Part shown: positions 12,949 to 23,931 of the stretch, one piece after another
Numbering within the stretch: position 1 is the stretch's first letter
Layout: each line of letters opens with the position of its first letter
Origin: Thermodesulfobacteriota bacterium
GTDB taxonomy: Bacteria; Desulfobacterota_D; UBA1144; Nemesobacterales; UBA2774
Direction: 5' to 3'
Assembly (NCBI GenBank): GCA_963422265.1
Contig: OY729416.1
Coordinates: 1,632,001-1,696,000, forward strand
DNA: 64,000 bases
Notes under the pieces: generated by a model
Told to the model about the DNA's origin: nothing
The model's database searches: none
Seen by the model: the letters and a program-made list of their open reading frames with translations, nothing else
Program-made: the position numbers and the translations under genes

Positions 12949-15432
12949 TCATAATACTATATTAACTAACTTTTTAGGCACGACTATCACTTTCCTGGGT
13001 GTTTTACCAGATATATGCTTCTTTGTTCTTTCATCGGCGAAGGCGGCTTCTTTCATACGTTCTCCGTCAGAGTCAGCATCCATTACGAGTTGGCTTCTGA
13101 CCTTCCCATTCACTTGGACAACAACCGTTATCTCTGCGCTCTTAACCAACTCATTATCCCACTCTATCCACGGACTATCAGCAAGCAGCTCATTATAACC
13201 CAGCTCGCTCCAAAGCTCCTCTGAAATGTGGGGTGCCATCGGGTAGAGAAGTCTTGCCATAGTCTCGACCGATTCCCTTGCTACAATCAAGTCGTCATCA
13301 CTTTTGGGCTTAAAACGCGACGTATCGTTTAAAAGCTCCATCACTGCCGCAATCGCAGTATTGAACTGAAACTTCTCTAAATCGTCCGTAACCTTTTTTA
13401 TTGTTTTATTGAGCTTGATAAGAAGCTCCTTTCCAGAACCCGAAACCTTTGCAAGATCAGGTTTTGCTCCCTTTAGATCGCAAGTCCGGGGTAAAATGTC
13501 AAAAGCGAGATTCCATATACGGTTTAGGAATCTAAAAGAGCCTTCTACCCCTTCATTGTTCCAATCCAGGTCCTTTTGAACTGGGGCGGCGAAAAGTATG
13601 AAAAGTCGGACGGTATCGGTGCCATATTTCTTTATCATGTCATCTGGGTCAATGACGTTCCCTAAAGATTTAGACATTTTTGCCCCATCCTTAATGACCA
13701 TTCCCTGAGTTAGTAGATTGACAAACGGCTCATCCAGATTACTCATTCCAAGGTCTCTCAGCACTTTTGTGAAAAACCGGGAGTAAAGAAGGTGAAGAAT
13801 AGCATGTTCAACTCCCCCTATGTATTGATCTACCGGCGCCCAGTAATTTACTTCTTCCCTATCAAAAATATCCTTATCGTAATTAGGTGAAGCATATCTA
13901 AGAAAATACCATGACGACTCTACAAAAGTGTCCATAGTGTCAGTCTCGCGTCGTGCTTTACCCCCACAATTTGGGCACGTAGTTCTAACAAAGCTCTCGA
14001 TTTTAGAGAGAGAAGATCCCCCATCGCCCTCAAAGTTGACCTCAATGGGAAGCTCGACGGGCAAGTCTTCGTCGGGAACCGCCACTGCGCCGCAGTCCTC
14101 GCAATAGACCATCGGTATAGGCGCCCCCCAGTATCTTTGCCGTGATATGCCCCAGTCCCTAAGCCTGTAATTTATCTGTCTTTTTCCAATACCCCGAGAC
14201 TCCACGTATTCTATGATTTTCTCTTTTCCCGCCTCTGACGAAATACCCGAAAATTCTCCTGAGTCAGTCATAATCCCCGGCTCTATATATGCTTCTGTCA
14301 TATCGTCAACGTTCAACCCTTGTCCATCGGGTTTTATTACAAGCTTAATAGGGAGCCCGTGTCCCTTGGCAAACTCAAAGTCTCTTTGGTCATGCGCTGG
14401 AACGCACATAATAATTCCGGTTCCATATTCAATGAGCACGAAGTTTGCTAGGTAAATTGGAATTCTCTCATTAGTAAAGGGATTAATGCAATATGAGCCG
14501 GTAAAGACCCCTTCCTTTTTAGCTCCCTCGGCTATTCTTTCGAGGCTGGTCTGCTTTTTTACTCTCTCTATGAATTTAAGCGCGTCCTTTTCAAATTCCC
14601 TCTTTATCAAATCACCCGCTAGCGGATGCTCAGGGGCGACGCTCATATAGGTTACGCCAAATACGGTGTCTGGCCTTGTCGTAAAGACCTCAAGATGCCT
14701 CTCACCCGCGACCTGTTCTTGCAGGGGGAATTGTATATGAGCCCCCGTGCTTTTGCCTATCCAGTTCTTTTGCATTGAGAGAACGCTGTCTGGCCAGCCG
14801 TCCTTTAGCTCCCTCGCTCCATCTAAAAGCTCGTCAGCGTACTCCGTAATTTTGAAGAACCAGCCATCCATTTCCCTGCGTTCTACTATGTGTTCGCACC
14901 GCCAGCAGCATCCATCCTCTACCTGTTCATTGGCTAGCACGGTCTCGCAGGAGGGACACCAGTTGACCGTAGTCGCCTTTTTATAGGCAAGCCCCTTCTC
15001 ATACATCCTTGTGAACACCATCTGCTCCCATTTGTAATAAGAAGGATGGCAGGTCGCAATCTCCCGCGTCCAGTCATAGCTGAATCCGAGGAGCTTGAGT
15101 TGTGTCTTCATCTGAGAGATATTTTCCTCAGTCCATTTAGCGGGGTGCGCTCCGTGCTGAATAGCGGCGTTCTCAGCCGGAAGCCCAAAAGCGTCCCATC
15201 CAATAGGGTGAAGCACGTTGAAACCCCTTGATCTCTTATAACGAGCTACTACGTCGCCAATCGTATAGTTCCTTACGTGCCCCATGTGTATGCGTCCCGA
15301 AGGATAGGGGAACATCTCTAGCACGTAATACTTTTCTTTGCCCTTTTCGACTTTTGCCTCATAGACCTTTTTCTTATCCCAGGTTTCTCGCCACCTTTGT
15401 TCAATCTCCTGCGCGTTGTATCTCTCTTTCAT
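12949..15432 (-). CDS. leuS: Leucine--tRNA ligase
   Basis: MFPYPSG, HMGH, KMSKS, editing-domain TTRPDT and VPAHDQRD motifs. Confidence 0.97.
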   Translation of the reverse strand: MKERYNAQEIEQRWRETWDKKKVYEAKVEKGKEKYYVLEMFPYPSGRIHMGHVRNYTIGDVVARYKRSRGFNVLHPIGWDAFGLPAENAAIQHGAHPAKWTEENISQMKTQLKLLGFSYDWTREIATCHPSYYKWEQMVFTRMYEKGLAYKKATTVNWCPSCETVLANEQVEDGCCWRCEHIVERREMDGWFFKITEYADELLDGARELKDGWPDSVLSMQKNWIGKSTGAHIQFPLQEQVAGERHLEVFTTRPDTVFGVTYMSVAPEHPLAGDLIKREFEKDALKFIERVKKQTSLERIAEGAKKEGVFTGSYCINPFTNERIPIYLANFVLIEYGTGIIMCVPAHDQRDFEFAKGHGLPIKLVIKPDGQGLNVDDMTEAYIEPGIMTDSGEFSGISSEAGKEKIIEYVESRGIGKRQINYRLRDWGISRQRYWGAPIPMVYCEDCGAVAVPDEDLPVELPIEVNFEGDGGSSLSKIESFVRTTCPNCGGKARRETDTMDTFVESSWYFLRYASPNYDKDIFDREEVNYWAPVDQYIGGVEHAILHLLYSRFFTKVLRDLGMSNLDEPFVNLLTQGMVIKDGAKMSKSLGNVIDPDDMIKKYGTDTVRLFILFAAPVQKDLDWNNEGVEGSFRFLNRIWNLAFDILPRTCDLKGAKPDLAKVSGSGKELLIKLNKTIKKVTDDLEKFQFNTAIAAVMELLNDTSRFKPKSDDDLIVARESVETMARLLYPMAPHISEELWSELGYNELLADSPWIEWDNELVKSAEITVVVQVNGKVRSQLVMDADSDGERMKEAAFADERTKKHISGKTPRKVIVVPKKLVNIVL

Positions 15433-15744
15433 CTGTCCGTCTTATTTTGATAGGTATTGCTACCAATAGTTAGCGTAATATAGGTTAAAAACTCGTTCCC
15501 ACATAGCCTGCTGTGTCCCCTGAATGTGATTGGCAGGGGTTTTAAGCGGTAACGTGATTTGGCAATGCGCGAAATTTTAACACACAATCACCCGCGTGTC
15601 AGACGCTGGCACCCGCGTGTCAGATGCTGGCGATTGAAAGCGAGTTCCCTTCGTTTTTCATTTTATGTCCGCTTATGTCCTCAGGGATATTCCCGAATGC
15701 GTTTATCTAAGGTGTAGGGGGGGGGTATCCTCCTCTTGCAGCGT

Positions 15745-16180
15745 CTTAATATCCCTGTCATTCCCACCTCTGAGTGGGAATCTAGAAAAGGGGGTCGGGG
15801 AACGAAAACATTTTCCTCACATAGCTCCCCCTTTTGTAAAGGGGGATACAGGGGGATTTGATAGGCATCGGGGAATGAGAACACCTTCCTTCTTTGCTTA
15901 TCCTCTCTGGCCTTCTTTGCTTATCCTCTCTGGATTTCTGTCCCTTCCATCATTTTGTAGGTGTAACCCTAGTGGTTACCCTTGTTCTAAGGAGGGGAAT
16001 ATTCTTTACTAACCTCAGAGCTTGACAAGAGGCTTTTTCCTCTTTGCTAGACGTGCATGGACTACTCATTTTTTCTCCCCCTTTTGTAAAGGGGGATATA
16101 GGGGGATTTGATAGGCATCGGGGAATGAGAATACCTTCCTTTTAGAAAAGCAGTATCCTGAGTTTGTAGAAGGGTAGCTT
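15745..16180 (+). repeat. Composite REP-like palindromic element
   Basis: GTCATTCCCAC…GTGGGAATCTAG, two CCCCCTTTTGTAAAGGGGG hairpins, GTAG module and the shared linker CTCAGAGCTTGACAAGAG…GCATGGACTACTCAT. Confidence 0.85.
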
Positions 16181-16314
16181 TAGGCTATTTCCGCCATCTA
16201 TCCCCGTTCTTCTCAACATCCGAGACCCCAACGCTGGCGTCCCACTTTTACAATTAGGCTGTGTTATATTATATTAGAAATCTTCTACCGTATCTGTGAA
16301 TGTAAATTTTAGAA

Positions 16315-17109
16315 ATGAACGCGGAAAAAGAATTAAAGGACGTTATTAAGAGTCTCAAGAACTACCTTGAGTTTCAGAAACTTATGGGATTGAGCACTGT
16401 ATCGGCAAGCAAGGAGAACGACGTGGATCGTCCTAAAAAGACCAATCGATCAGAAATAAGAGGGATGGGAGGCGCAGTCGGCAATTTGGGTCACGATGAG
16501 GTAATAGAAGTGGAAGAGCAAGTCGACATTTTTGACGCTCCCAAAATTATGACCCTTGAGGAAATTAGAGAGGAGATTGGGGATTGCACAAGGTGCAAGC
16601 TACACGAGGGAAGGACAAACTTGGTATTTGGTGAGGGAAGTCCTAAAGCTAAGCTCGTATTCGTAGGCGAGGGTCCTGGCAGAGATGAGGACCAGCAAGG
16701 AAGACCGTTTGTTGGAAGGGCTGGTAAGCTGCTCACAAAAATAATCGAGGCGATGGGTCTTACGCGGGAACAAGTCTATATATGCAACGTGGTAAAGTGC
16801 CGCCCTCCGCAAAACCGCACCCCTGAACCTGATGAAATGTCCACCTGCGAGCAGTTTTTGTTCAAGCAGATCAGGTTTATAAAGCCTGAAGTAATAGCGT
16901 GTCTCGGCGCAACGGCAGCCCAATCAATGCTAAAAACAAAGAAGAGTTTAGGGAGTCTTAGGGGGAGATTCCACTCCTATGGAAACACCAAACTCATGGT
17001 AACCTACCACCCGGCGGCGCTTCTCAGGAATGCGGGGTTTAGGAAACCGCTTTGGGATGATATGCAGGTTGTTATGAAAGAATTAGGACTCAGAAAACCG
17101 GGCAATTAG
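16315..17109 (+). CDS. Uracil-DNA glycosylase family 4 (4Fe-4S)
   Basis: CTRCKL, GEGPG, PFVGRAG, KCRPP and YHPAALLR motifs. Confidence 0.92.
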   Translation: MNAEKELKDVIKSLKNYLEFQKLMGLSTVSASKENDVDRPKKTNRSEIRGMGGAVGNLGHDEVIEVEEQVDIFDAPKIMTLEEIREEIGDCTRCKLHEGRTNLVFGEGSPKAKLVFVGEGPGRDEDQQGRPFVGRAGKLLTKIIEAMGLTREQVYICNVVKCRPPQNRTPEPDEMSTCEQFLFKQIRFIKPEVIACLGATAAQSMLKTKKSLGSLRGRFHSYGNTKLMVTYHPAALLRNAGFRKPLWDDMQVVMKELGLRKPGN

Positions 17110-17175
17110 CTCAGTGGATAGAGCGCTGGCCTCCGGAGCCAGAGGTCGGGGGTTCGAATCCCTCATTGCCCGCCA
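17100..17175 (+). tRNA. tRNA-Arg (CCG)
   Basis: Cloverleaf: acceptor GGGCAAT/ATTGCCC, D-arm GCTC/GAGC, anticodon arm CTGGC-CTCCGGA-GCCAG, TTCGAAT loop, encoded CCA. Confidence 0.96.
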
Positions 17176-17233
17176 CTATTTAGTCCTAATTACGACTAAG
17201 AGCAACGAAGACGAAAAAGGAGGAGAAGTCATT

Positions 17234-17705
17234 ATGAAAAAATGTTTGATCTCTTTGCTCCCAATTCTGTTATTAGGCTTGTCAACCGCAAATTCTGAGA
17301 CGCTAGAAGGTTGGCAGTATAAAGAGCAGGTGGACGAATTTACTGATAAAGTGTGGGCAGTTAACGCCACTGTTTATTCTTCCGATGTCTTGGGAATAGA
17401 TCAGTACATAACTGTTCAATGTTCAAAACCAAAAAACTCTCTTGGAATTGGTATTAAGCCCTCAAATATCTATCTAAACTTCAAGAAATTTGAGAAAGTC
17501 AAGATAAGAATTGATAAAAATCCCACGAGGGTTGACAATGGGTTTGTCGGAGATAGCATCGTGGGTGTTTGGAACAATAGCCAGGGAGATGATGAAGGGA
17601 GAATCAATGATAGTTCAAGTAGGGGATTCGTCTATTATAAGGGCTTCGCTAAAAGGATCGCGCAAGCCAATACAAAAAGTGTTAACTTCTTGCAATATAA
17701 ATTAA
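17234..17705 (+). pseudogene. Secreted hypothetical protein, probably frameshifted near 17560-17580
   Basis: GGAGG SD and signal peptide MKKCLISLLPILLLGLSTANS; a more protein-like C-terminus (AREMMKGESMIVQV…SLKGSRKPIQKVLTSC) lies in the +1 frame ending at 17705. Confidence 0.5.
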
Positions 17706-17826
17706 AAAAGGCGGGGGAAGCTCGTATATTGGATTAGTTAGGTAAAGTTTCGGTGATTGTGCTAGTGAGCCTGCCCAACTAAAGGGCTAACCGATAAGTG
17801 TGACGACTTGATCAAAAGGATATAGA

Positions 17827-19911
17827 ATGAATCTACTCAAAGACGAAAAGAGCCCTTACCTGCTCCAGCACGCAGATAACCCGGTGGATTGGTATCCGTG
17901 GGGAAATGAGGCTTTTGAAAAGGCTAAAAGGGAAGATAAACCGATATTGCTGTCAATTGGCTACTCGACTTGCCACTGGTGTCATGTAATGGCGCATGAG
18001 TCGTTTGAGGACCCCGAGGTGGCGAGGCTCATGAACGAGACGTTCATCTCTATCAAGGTAGATAGGGAAGAAAGACCCGATGTAGATAACGTCTATATGA
18101 CGGTCTGTCAAATGCTTTCAAAAGGGGCTTGTGGCTGGCCCCTGAACGTGATGATGACCCCTGATAAAAAGCCCTTTTTCGCTGCTACTTACATACCTAA
18201 GGAAAGCCGATATGGTAGGGCGGGAATGATAGAACTGGTGCCGAGGATAGGCGAGGTCTGGAAAAAACAGAGAGAGGAGTTATTAAAATCGGCGGATAGC
18301 ATTACGACCGCCGTAAAAAAAGCAACCGACGTTTCACAGATAACTTCGGGCAAGAGTCTTAGAAGCTCCACCTTAACCGTAGGATATAATCAGCTCCACG
18401 AGAGATTTGACGAGAAAAACGGGGGATTTGCAAGCGCCCCCAAATTTCCAACAGCTCATAATTATCTCTTCTTGCTCCGTTATTGGAATAGAACAGGGGA
18501 TGAAGAGGCGTTAAAAATGGTTGAAAAGACTCTTCAGAAAATGCGTCTAGGGGGCATGTATGACCACGTCGGATTTGGGTTTCACCGCTACTCCACGGAT
18601 TCAAGCTGGCTACTACCCCACTTTGAAAAAACGTTATACGACCAAGCTATGCTATCAATGACCTACGTGGAGGCATATCAGGCAACGGGGAAGAAGGAAT
18701 ATGAGACAACTGCACGAGAAATCTTCGCTTACGTGCTTCGAGATTTGACTTCGCTTGAAGGCGCGTTTTACTCTGCCGAAGACGCGGATAGCGAGGGGCA
18801 GGAGGGGAAATTCTATATTTGGAGTGAGGAGGAAATTAAAGGAGTACTAGGGGATGAAAAAGCCGATTTAATAATACAAACCTATAACGTGGAAAAATCC
18901 GGAAACTTCACCGAAGAAACTACGCAGGAGAAAATAGGCTTCAATATACTTCACTTAAGGGAATCCCTATTCGCAACCGCCAAGTCCTTTGAGCCAAACG
19001 AAGAAGAATTCTTAGGCAAAGTTGAGGAATCGCGAAAGAAGCTATTAGAAGCTCGCGAAAAAAGGATACGCCCTTACAAGGACGATAAGATTCTAACTGA
19101 TTGGAACGGTCTTATGATTGCGGCTCTCTCCAAGGGCGGAAGCGTTTTGAATGAGCCCCAATACACGGAAGCTGCCAAACGTGCGGCTGGGTTCATATTA
19201 AAAGAAATGCGCCAAGATAACGGGCGGCTTCTACATCGATATAGAGAAAAAGAAGCGGGTATTAAAGCTAACGCGGACGACTACGCCTTTCTCATATGGG
19301 GACTGCTTGAATTATATGAGGCGACTTTTGACGTTCAATACCTAACTTACGCTATAGAGCTGCAAGAAGATATGATAGAGCTATTCTGGGACGATAAGAA
19401 CGGCGGGTTTTACTTCACGCCTCACGATGCTGAAGAGCTTATAGCTAGGCAAAAAGAAATCTATGATGGTGCCGTTCCATCGGGCAACTCCGTAGCGCTA
19501 CTTAACTTAATAAAGATAGGCGGAATAACCGGAAAATCTCACTACGAAGAAAAATCTGCTAAGCTTGTAAGCGCATTTGCGGAAACGATTGAGACGGCGC
19601 CAATGGCATATACGCAACTGCTTACAGGACTAGACTTTGCAATGGGACCTTCCTACGAAGTCGTTATAGTAGGCGACCCGCATGGGATGGATACGGAAAC
19701 AATGTTGACGGCTCTCAGAAAAGAGTATAATCCTAATAAAGTGATTCTTTTTCTAGGAGCGAATGGTGAGCCCGACGTTGCAAAGGTAGCGGAATTCACA
19801 AAAGGTCATACTACTATCCAAGGCAAGGCGACGGCTTACGTGTGTCAGAACCATATTTGCAAACTTCCAACGACTGAGGTAAATAAGATGCTTGAATCAC
19901 TAAATTCCTAA
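17827..19911 (+). CDS. Thioredoxin-domain protein (YyaL/SSP411, DUF255)
   Basis: [26 protein letters not shown] and [13 protein letters not shown] motifs. Confidence 0.93.
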   Translation: MNLLKDEKSPYLLQHADNPVDWYPWGNEAFEKAKREDKPILLSIGYSTCHWCHVMAHESFEDPEVARLMNETFISIKVDREERPDVDNVYMTVCQMLSKGACGWPLNVMMTPDKKPFFAATYIPKESRYGRAGMIELVPRIGEVWKKQREELLKSADSITTAVKKATDVSQITSGKSLRSSTLTVGYNQLHERFDEKNGGFASAPKFPTAHNYLFLLRYWNRTGDEEALKMVEKTLQKMRLGGMYDHVGFGFHRYSTDSSWLLPHFEKTLYDQAMLSMTYVEAYQATGKKEYETTAREIFAYVLRDLTSLEGAFYSAEDADSEGQEGKFYIWSEEEIKGVLGDEKADLIIQTYNVEKSGNFTEETTQEKIGFNILHLRESLFATAKSFEPNEEEFLGKVEESRKKLLEAREKRIRPYKDDKILTDWNGLMIAALSKGGSVLNEPQYTEAAKRAAGFILKEMRQDNGRLLHRYREKEAGIKANADDYAFLIWGLLELYEATFDVQYLTYAIELQEDMIELFWDDKNGGFYFTPHDAEELIARQKEIYDGAVPSGNSVALLNLIKIGGITGKSHYEEKSAKLVSAFAETIETAPMAYTQLLTGLDFAMGPSYEVVIVGDPHGMDTETMLTALRKEYNPNKVILFLGANGEPDVAKVAEFTKGHTTIQGKATAYVCQNHICKLPTTEVNKMLESLNS

Positions 19912-20026
19912 ACATCCTGAGGATGAAATAAAGTCAGTTGTATTTCAGAATTCTATACTTATAATTTTTGCTCTGTGAGTGTATGGGCATTGATTTTGAT
20001 CACGCATTGTAGCGGAGGATATAGGT

Positions 20027-20188
20027 ATGGCTAGAAGAGGACGTAAAAAACTAAAAGACCTAGTAGATATGCTTGAGGAGCCAGAAGATGCAGGCTACGT
20101 AGGCGGGGATTACGAAGACGCAATGGATCTTTTAGAAGACGAACTAGAAGAATATGAGAGTGGGGAAGGTCAAGAAGTCATCGAATGA
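20027..20188 (+). CDS. Small 53-aa protein with basic N-terminus and very acidic remainder
   Basis: GGAGG SD; MARRGRKKLKDLVDMLEEPEDAGYVGGDYEDAMDLLEDELEEYESGEGQEVIE; below the ORF-track cutoff. Confidence 0.6.
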   Translation: MARRGRKKLKDLVDMLEEPEDAGYVGGDYEDAMDLLEDELEEYESGEGQEVIE

Positions 20189-20227
20189 CGGGAGAGCGAA
20201 TACTATATTCACAATGAGTATGCCCGC

Positions 20228-20690
20228 CCCTTCCATCATTTTGTAGGGGTAACCCTAGTGGTTACCCTTGTCCTAATGAGGGGAATATTCTTTACTAATC
20301 TCAGAGCTTGATAAGAGACTTTTTCCTCTTTGCTAGACGTGCATGGACTACTCATTTTTTTCCCCCCTTTAGACAAAGGGGGTACAGGGGGATTTGTTCT
20401 TTATCTTTTTAATCATGGCTCATCATTTAATTCCATAGTCTCAAAAATCGCAGTTCAGACTTTCTCCCTCTGGGAAAGGGATACAGGGGTGAAGGCGTTT
20501 TCGTCATTCCCGTCCCTTCCATCATGTTGTAGGGGTAACACTAGTGGTTACCCTTGTCCTAAGGAGGGGAATATCCTTTACTAATCTCAGAGCTTGATAA
20601 GAGACTTTTTCCTCTTTGCTATACGTGCATGGACTACTCATTTTTTCTCCCCCTTTAGACAAAGGAGATACAGGGGGATTTACTAGGTGG
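20228..20690 (+). repeat. Composite REP-like element, about two tandem units
   Basis: Two GTAG modules (about 20243 and 20528), each followed by the shared linker and the CCCCCTTTAGACAAAGG hairpin. Confidence 0.88.
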
Positions 20691-20733
20691 CAAGTGAGCC
20701 TGTTGAACCAGTCAACGGGAGAACTAGAGCAAT

Positions 20734-22638
20734 CTAGGCTTTCAAATGATCACCCGTCCTAGCCTGATCCCGCTTCAAATAGACCATTAAAACCGATATG
20801 GCAGCAGGCGTAATCCCAGATATTCTACTAGCCTGTCCCAGTGAGCCAGGACGAACTTTTGAGAGCTTCTGTATTATCTCGTTAGATAGACCTGGCATAT
20901 CATTATAGGAAAAATTCTCAGGTATCCTGAAATGTTCTAACTTCTTAAATTTATCTATCTGCTCGGTCTGTCTCTTAATGTAACCCTCGTATTTAACTTC
21001 CATTTCTATCTGAGAAATAACATCCAAATCCGCCAGCCAGCCTGCGCAATTGGACTCTAGGTGTTGAAGCTCCTTATACGTAATTTCGGGGCGTCTTAGA
21101 ATCTGTTTCAAAGACTGCGGTTTTTTTAACGAGCATGAGCCAAGACCCCGCAGGGTTTCATTTACGCTAGCACTCGGAACAACCTTAGTATTCGCCAATC
21201 TGAATAGCTCCTCTTCCAGAGCTTTCTTTCTGCTTGCGCACCTCTCAAAGTCCTCCTCGTCTAGAAGTCCTATATTATAGCCAATCTCACTAAGCCTTAT
21301 ATCCGCGTTATCTTCCCTCAAAACTAGCCTGTATTCCGCCCTTGACGTGAACATCCTATAAGGCTCGTCCACGCCCTTCGTCACCAGATCGTCAATGAGT
21401 ATTCCTATGTAAGCCTGCGAGCGATCCAGAACTAAAGAATCCTTGCCCTTTATGCGCAAAGCCGCGTTGGCGCCGGCGATAAGTCCCTGGCTCGCCGCTT
21501 CTTCATATCCCGTGGTTCCATTGATCTGCCCTGCGAAATATAGATTTTCAATACGCTTCGTCTCAAGCGTAGGGTGTAGCTGAGTGGGATCTACGTAATC
21601 GTATTCCACCGCGTAGCCGGGTCTCATAATCTCCACGTCCGACAGCCCTTCCATAGTTCTAACAAGCTCGTATTGGACTTCTAAGGGAAGGCTGGTTGAA
21701 ATTCCGTTTGGATAGATTTCATAAGTATTCGCGCCTTCGGGTTCAAGGAAAACCTGGTGCCTCTCTTTATCGGGGAATTTAACCACTTTGTCCTCTATAG
21801 ATGGACAATACCTAGGACCAACTCCCTTAATTTCTCCTGAATAAAGGGGAGACTTATGCAGGTTATCCCTTATTACCTCGTGTGTTCTTTCGTTCGTATA
21901 AGTTATGTAACATGGGAGCTGACCCCTGCTAATCGTATAATTAGAGAATGAAAATGGTCTGGGATGGACGTCTCCGGACTGCTCTTCAAGAACGTCCCAT
22001 TTAATAGTTCTTCCGTCAAATCTGGGTGGAGTGCCCGTTTTTAATCTGCCAACGTTGAAGCCTAGAGCGCTAAAGGATTCTGAAATCTCCTTTGCGGCGG
22101 ATTCACCAGCCCTTCCCGAGGACATTTTCGTGCCCCCTATGTGTATTATCCCATTTGGAAAGGTGCCGGGAGTAACAATAACGGCATCAGCAAGGAAGCG
22201 TTCCCTCAGCTTTGTTTTTACCCCCACGACCCTGCCGCCTTGTAAAAGAAACCCTTCCACCATACCTTGTTTTATATCTATGCGCTCCTGAGATTCAAGG
22301 GTCCCCCTCATATAAGCTCTATACGCCTGTCTGTCCGCTTGAATCCTCGTTGCCTGCACGGCTGCGCCCTTTCTCGTGTTTAACTTCCTGAATTGAATAG
22401 CGGCATGGTCGGCAGCCTTTCCCATTTCCCCTCCCAAAGCGTCTATCTCTTTAACGAGATGACCCTTGCCTACTCCCCCTACGGATGGATTACAAGACAT
22501 TAGACCGATCGTATCTATATTAGCGGTCAGAACAAGGGTGCGACATCCCATTCGCGCAGCCGCAAGCGCAGCCTCGCAACCCGCGTGTCCGCCGCCTACC
22601 ACTAGCACGTCGTGAATCTTTGGTAAAGTAATACCCAT
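20734..22638 (-). CDS. mnmG: tRNA U34 carboxymethylaminomethyl modification enzyme
   Basis: GGGHAGCEAA, MSCNPSVGG, GPRYCPSIEDK and AGQINGTTGYEEAA motifs. Confidence 0.97.
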   Translation of the reverse strand: MGITLPKIHDVLVVGGGHAGCEAALAAARMGCRTLVLTANIDTIGLMSCNPSVGGVGKGHLVKEIDALGGEMGKAADHAAIQFRKLNTRKGAAVQATRIQADRQAYRAYMRGTLESQERIDIKQGMVEGFLLQGGRVVGVKTKLRERFLADAVIVTPGTFPNGIIHIGGTKMSSGRAGESAAKEISESFSALGFNVGRLKTGTPPRFDGRTIKWDVLEEQSGDVHPRPFSFSNYTISRGQLPCYITYTNERTHEVIRDNLHKSPLYSGEIKGVGPRYCPSIEDKVVKFPDKERHQVFLEPEGANTYEIYPNGISTSLPLEVQYELVRTMEGLSDVEIMRPGYAVEYDYVDPTQLHPTLETKRIENLYFAGQINGTTGYEEAASQGLIAGANAALRIKGKDSLVLDRSQAYIGILIDDLVTKGVDEPYRMFTSRAEYRLVLREDNADIRLSEIGYNIGLLDEEDFERCASRKKALEEELFRLANTKVVPSASVNETLRGLGSCSLKKPQSLKQILRRPEITYKELQHLESNCAGWLADLDVISQIEMEVKYEGYIKRQTEQIDKFKKLEHFRIPENFSYNDMPGLSNEIIQKLSKVRPGSLGQASRISGITPAAISVLMVYLKRDQARTGDHLKA

Positions 22639-22823
22639 TTTCTAAAAATATAGACAAATATAAAAGTTTATGCAAAAATGCTTTATAGACTTGCTGTCAG
22701 CCGTAGGTTATGAATGGCAAAGCGCAGGGATTCCCGACGTGTATGACGTGTATATAGAAAGGCGTCTTGACAGCTTTCAGATTTAGTAGCCTTTAGACAT
22801 ATCTTTAGGACATATATAGAACA

Positions 22824-23058
22824 ATGCCAAGGGAAGGAGACTTAACAATTTTGGAAGATGAAGGATCATTAGAAACAAGGGTAGGAATTATAGAAACGAG
22901 AATAGAGCATATAGCATATAGAGAAGGATATTGGGGAAATGAAACAGGATATTAAAGGAATATCCGACCTTAAAGTAGGACAAGCCAGGATGGAAACGAT
23001 TTTAGCAAGTCTGGACAATAGGCTTGGTTCATACTTAACAAGGGGTGAGATGTCCTGA
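22824..23058 (+). pseudogene. Small coiled-coil protein disrupted by a 7-bp duplication
   Basis: CATATAG is duplicated at 22908-22921; removing one copy restores …ETRIEHIEKDIGEMKQDIKGISDLKVGQARME…. Confidence 0.55.
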
Positions 23059-23076
23059 CCAAACAAACAATAATTG

Positions 23077-23664
23077 TCAAGGTGTGTAGCTACCACTCAG
23101 ATTTTTAACCTTTTCCACCTCCTCAGGGCTATCCAAGATTTCCCCCCTACCCATTCCATAGAGGAAATTAGCGTTGTCTCGCGGAGCTTCGCTTTTTACG
23201 TTAGGATCAAAGAACACTTCCTTTGTATGAATGAGTCCCGCCCTGTTGTATGAGGCAAGCTCGTATTTCATTCCCATCCTAAGGGCATCACAGGGGCAGG
23301 CTTCAACGCAGAATCCGCAAAATACGCACCTCATAAAATCTATATTATACACCTTAGGCCTTCTTTCTATGCCATAATCATCGGCAGGCTCTGAAACTAT
23401 TGATATCGCCTGAGTAGGGCATGCAACCTCGCAGAGTTTGCACGCAACACACCTTATCTCTCCCTCGTCATCTGCAGGCATCACGTGGAGACCTCTGTAT
23501 CTTGGGGGAAGCTCCTTTACCTCTTCGGGGTATTGGATGGTAATGGTCTTAAACCGAAGCAGGTGTTTTAAGGTAATAATAAGTCCACCTACTATCTGAG
23601 GCAGGTAAAGTTTTTCATACCATTTCAGCTCAGGCTGCTTCAAGATTTTTATCTTTATAGCCAT
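23077..23664 (-). CDS. nuoI: NADH-quinone oxidoreductase subunit I
   Basis: TIQYPEE, RYRGLH and two CxxCxxCxxxCP ferredoxin motifs. Confidence 0.9.
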   Translation of the reverse strand: MAIKIKILKQPELKWYEKLYLPQIVGGLIITLKHLLRFKTITIQYPEEVKELPPRYRGLHVMPADDEGEIRCVACKLCEVACPTQAISIVSEPADDYGIERRPKVYNIDFMRCVFCGFCVEACPCDALRMGMKYELASYNRAGLIHTKEVFFDPNVKSEAPRDNANFLYGMGRGEILDSPEEVEKVKNLSGSYTP

Positions 23665-23931
23665 CAGAATTACCTCTTTTATTTCCCGTTTTCCTCTGCA
23701 TCCCTGCTCAAACCATTCCCGCTTAATACATACAGGGACGTGCTGCTTTTGATTGGGGAACTAGGAGTCCAGAAAGGGCATCGGGGAATGAGACACGTTC
23801 CTCACATGATCCCCCTTTAGAAGAGAGGATGCAGCGGGATACGACCCACTCCACGCAGCTCGCTAACCTAGCAATAAACCATATATCACAATCAGGAGAT
23901 TTTCAACCTCCATCGGGAGAGAGCAAGGTTT

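Noticed and set aside
15433-15640. T-box leader for leuS; 21-bp tandem duplication at 15589-15630
   Set aside because: No GGTGGxACCGCG T-box motif on the minus strand; the two-copy duplication has no evident function
17114-17233. N-terminal extension of ORF 17114..17737
   Set aside because: It lies within tRNA-Arg; the SD and signal peptide point to ATG 17234
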